DNA from: Candidatus Pacearchaeota archaeon
GTDB lineage: Archaea; Nanobdellota; Nanobdellia; Pacearchaeales; GW2011-AR1
NCBI GenBank assembly: GCA_016181885.1
Contig: JACOYJ010000001.1
Coordinates: 2,792-66,791, forward strand
DNA length: 64,000 nt
Direction: 5' to 3'
Below are positions 63,853-64,000 of the stretch, one piece after another. Position 1 is the stretch's first letter. Every line of letters begins with the position of its first letter. Below the pieces are notes generated by a model, which was not told where the DNA came from, did no database searches, and worked only from the letters and a program-made list of their open reading frames with translations. The position numbers were made by a program, and so were the translations under genes.

Positions 63853-64000
63853 TTACTCAAAAAATTCAATCCCCAATTCTTCCTCGATTTCTTGGTGTTT
63901 TAGGGAGCTGATTGTGTCTGTGCTTCCTAAAAGCTGAGAACTTTTAACCCCTGTTACAATAAGGAGAACTCGAATTGATTTGTCCATATCCGGAGCAATT
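63853..64000 (-). CDS. ftsZ: FtsZ, C-terminal fragment (runs off the window)
   Basis: Own translation: ...IAPDMDKSIRVLLIVTGVKSSQLLG...EEELGIEFFE*. Resembles the end of the FtsZ C-terminal domain (..D..irVtviaTG...) plus a C-terminal tail. Confidence 0.55.
   Translation of the reverse strand, partial: IAPDMDKSIRVLLIVTGVKSSQLLGSTDTISSLKHQEIEEELGIEFFE

Noticed and set aside
1-64000. Possibility that the contig is bacterial (CPR) because of class II LysRS, HflK/HflC, the PlsX-like fragment, lipobox-like signals and Myxococcus-type Cys repeats
   Set aside because: Core information-processing genes are unambiguously archaeal: Cbf5 with PUA, TrmY, PCNA, PriS primase, Spt5, Sec61-gamma-type SecE, L37Ae, RpoP, prefoldin beta, Dph2. 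The bacterial-like genes are better explained as acquisitions.

Overview
AT-rich archaeal chromosome segment. The information-processing genes are archaeal: Cbf5, TrmY, PCNA, PriS-type primase, Spt5, SecE, L11, L37Ae, RpoP, prefoldin beta, SepF and an FtsZ fragment. The many small proteins and surface proteins suggest a DPANN-like (Woese-/Pacearchaeota-like) lineage, but that is inference only. No rRNA or CRISPR array was seen, and one tRNA was found by eye, tRNA-Pro(UGG). The main finding is a plus-strand locus of about 15 kb (about 26.2-40.8 kb), next to a putative S-layer gene. It encodes at least six proteins with type IV pilin-like (class III) N-termini ([KR]-[GS]-Q followed by a hydrophobic helix). 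These are interleaved with giant cysteine-rich secreted proteins. The locus contains a duplicated two-gene module in which one copy of the giant protein is a single 1181-aa chain and the other is split into 524-aa and 748-aa genes. No assembly ATPase, platform protein or prepilin peptidase is visible in the window. Other points: two further giant Cys-rich, sequon-rich type-I membrane proteins next to glycosylation genes; an archaeosortase-like gene next to a PAP2 gene; an intergenic repeat family with four copies and a variable ATT microsatellite; a recurrent GC-rich intergenic motif (AAATTTGGG...); single genes bracketed by inverted repeats; a GpgS-like glycosyltransferase fused to a HAD phosphatase; an N-terminally truncated Dph2; L11 with an Ala/Thr/Pro-rich tail; a frameshifted GT2; and bacterial-type HflK/HflC and class II LysRS. 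Coordinates taken from the ORF track are exact. Coordinates I derived by hand (small ORFs, tRNA, repeats, revised starts) were checked against neighbouring ORF boundaries but could be off by 1-2 nt. All family calls rest on motif recognition from the translations; no database search was run.
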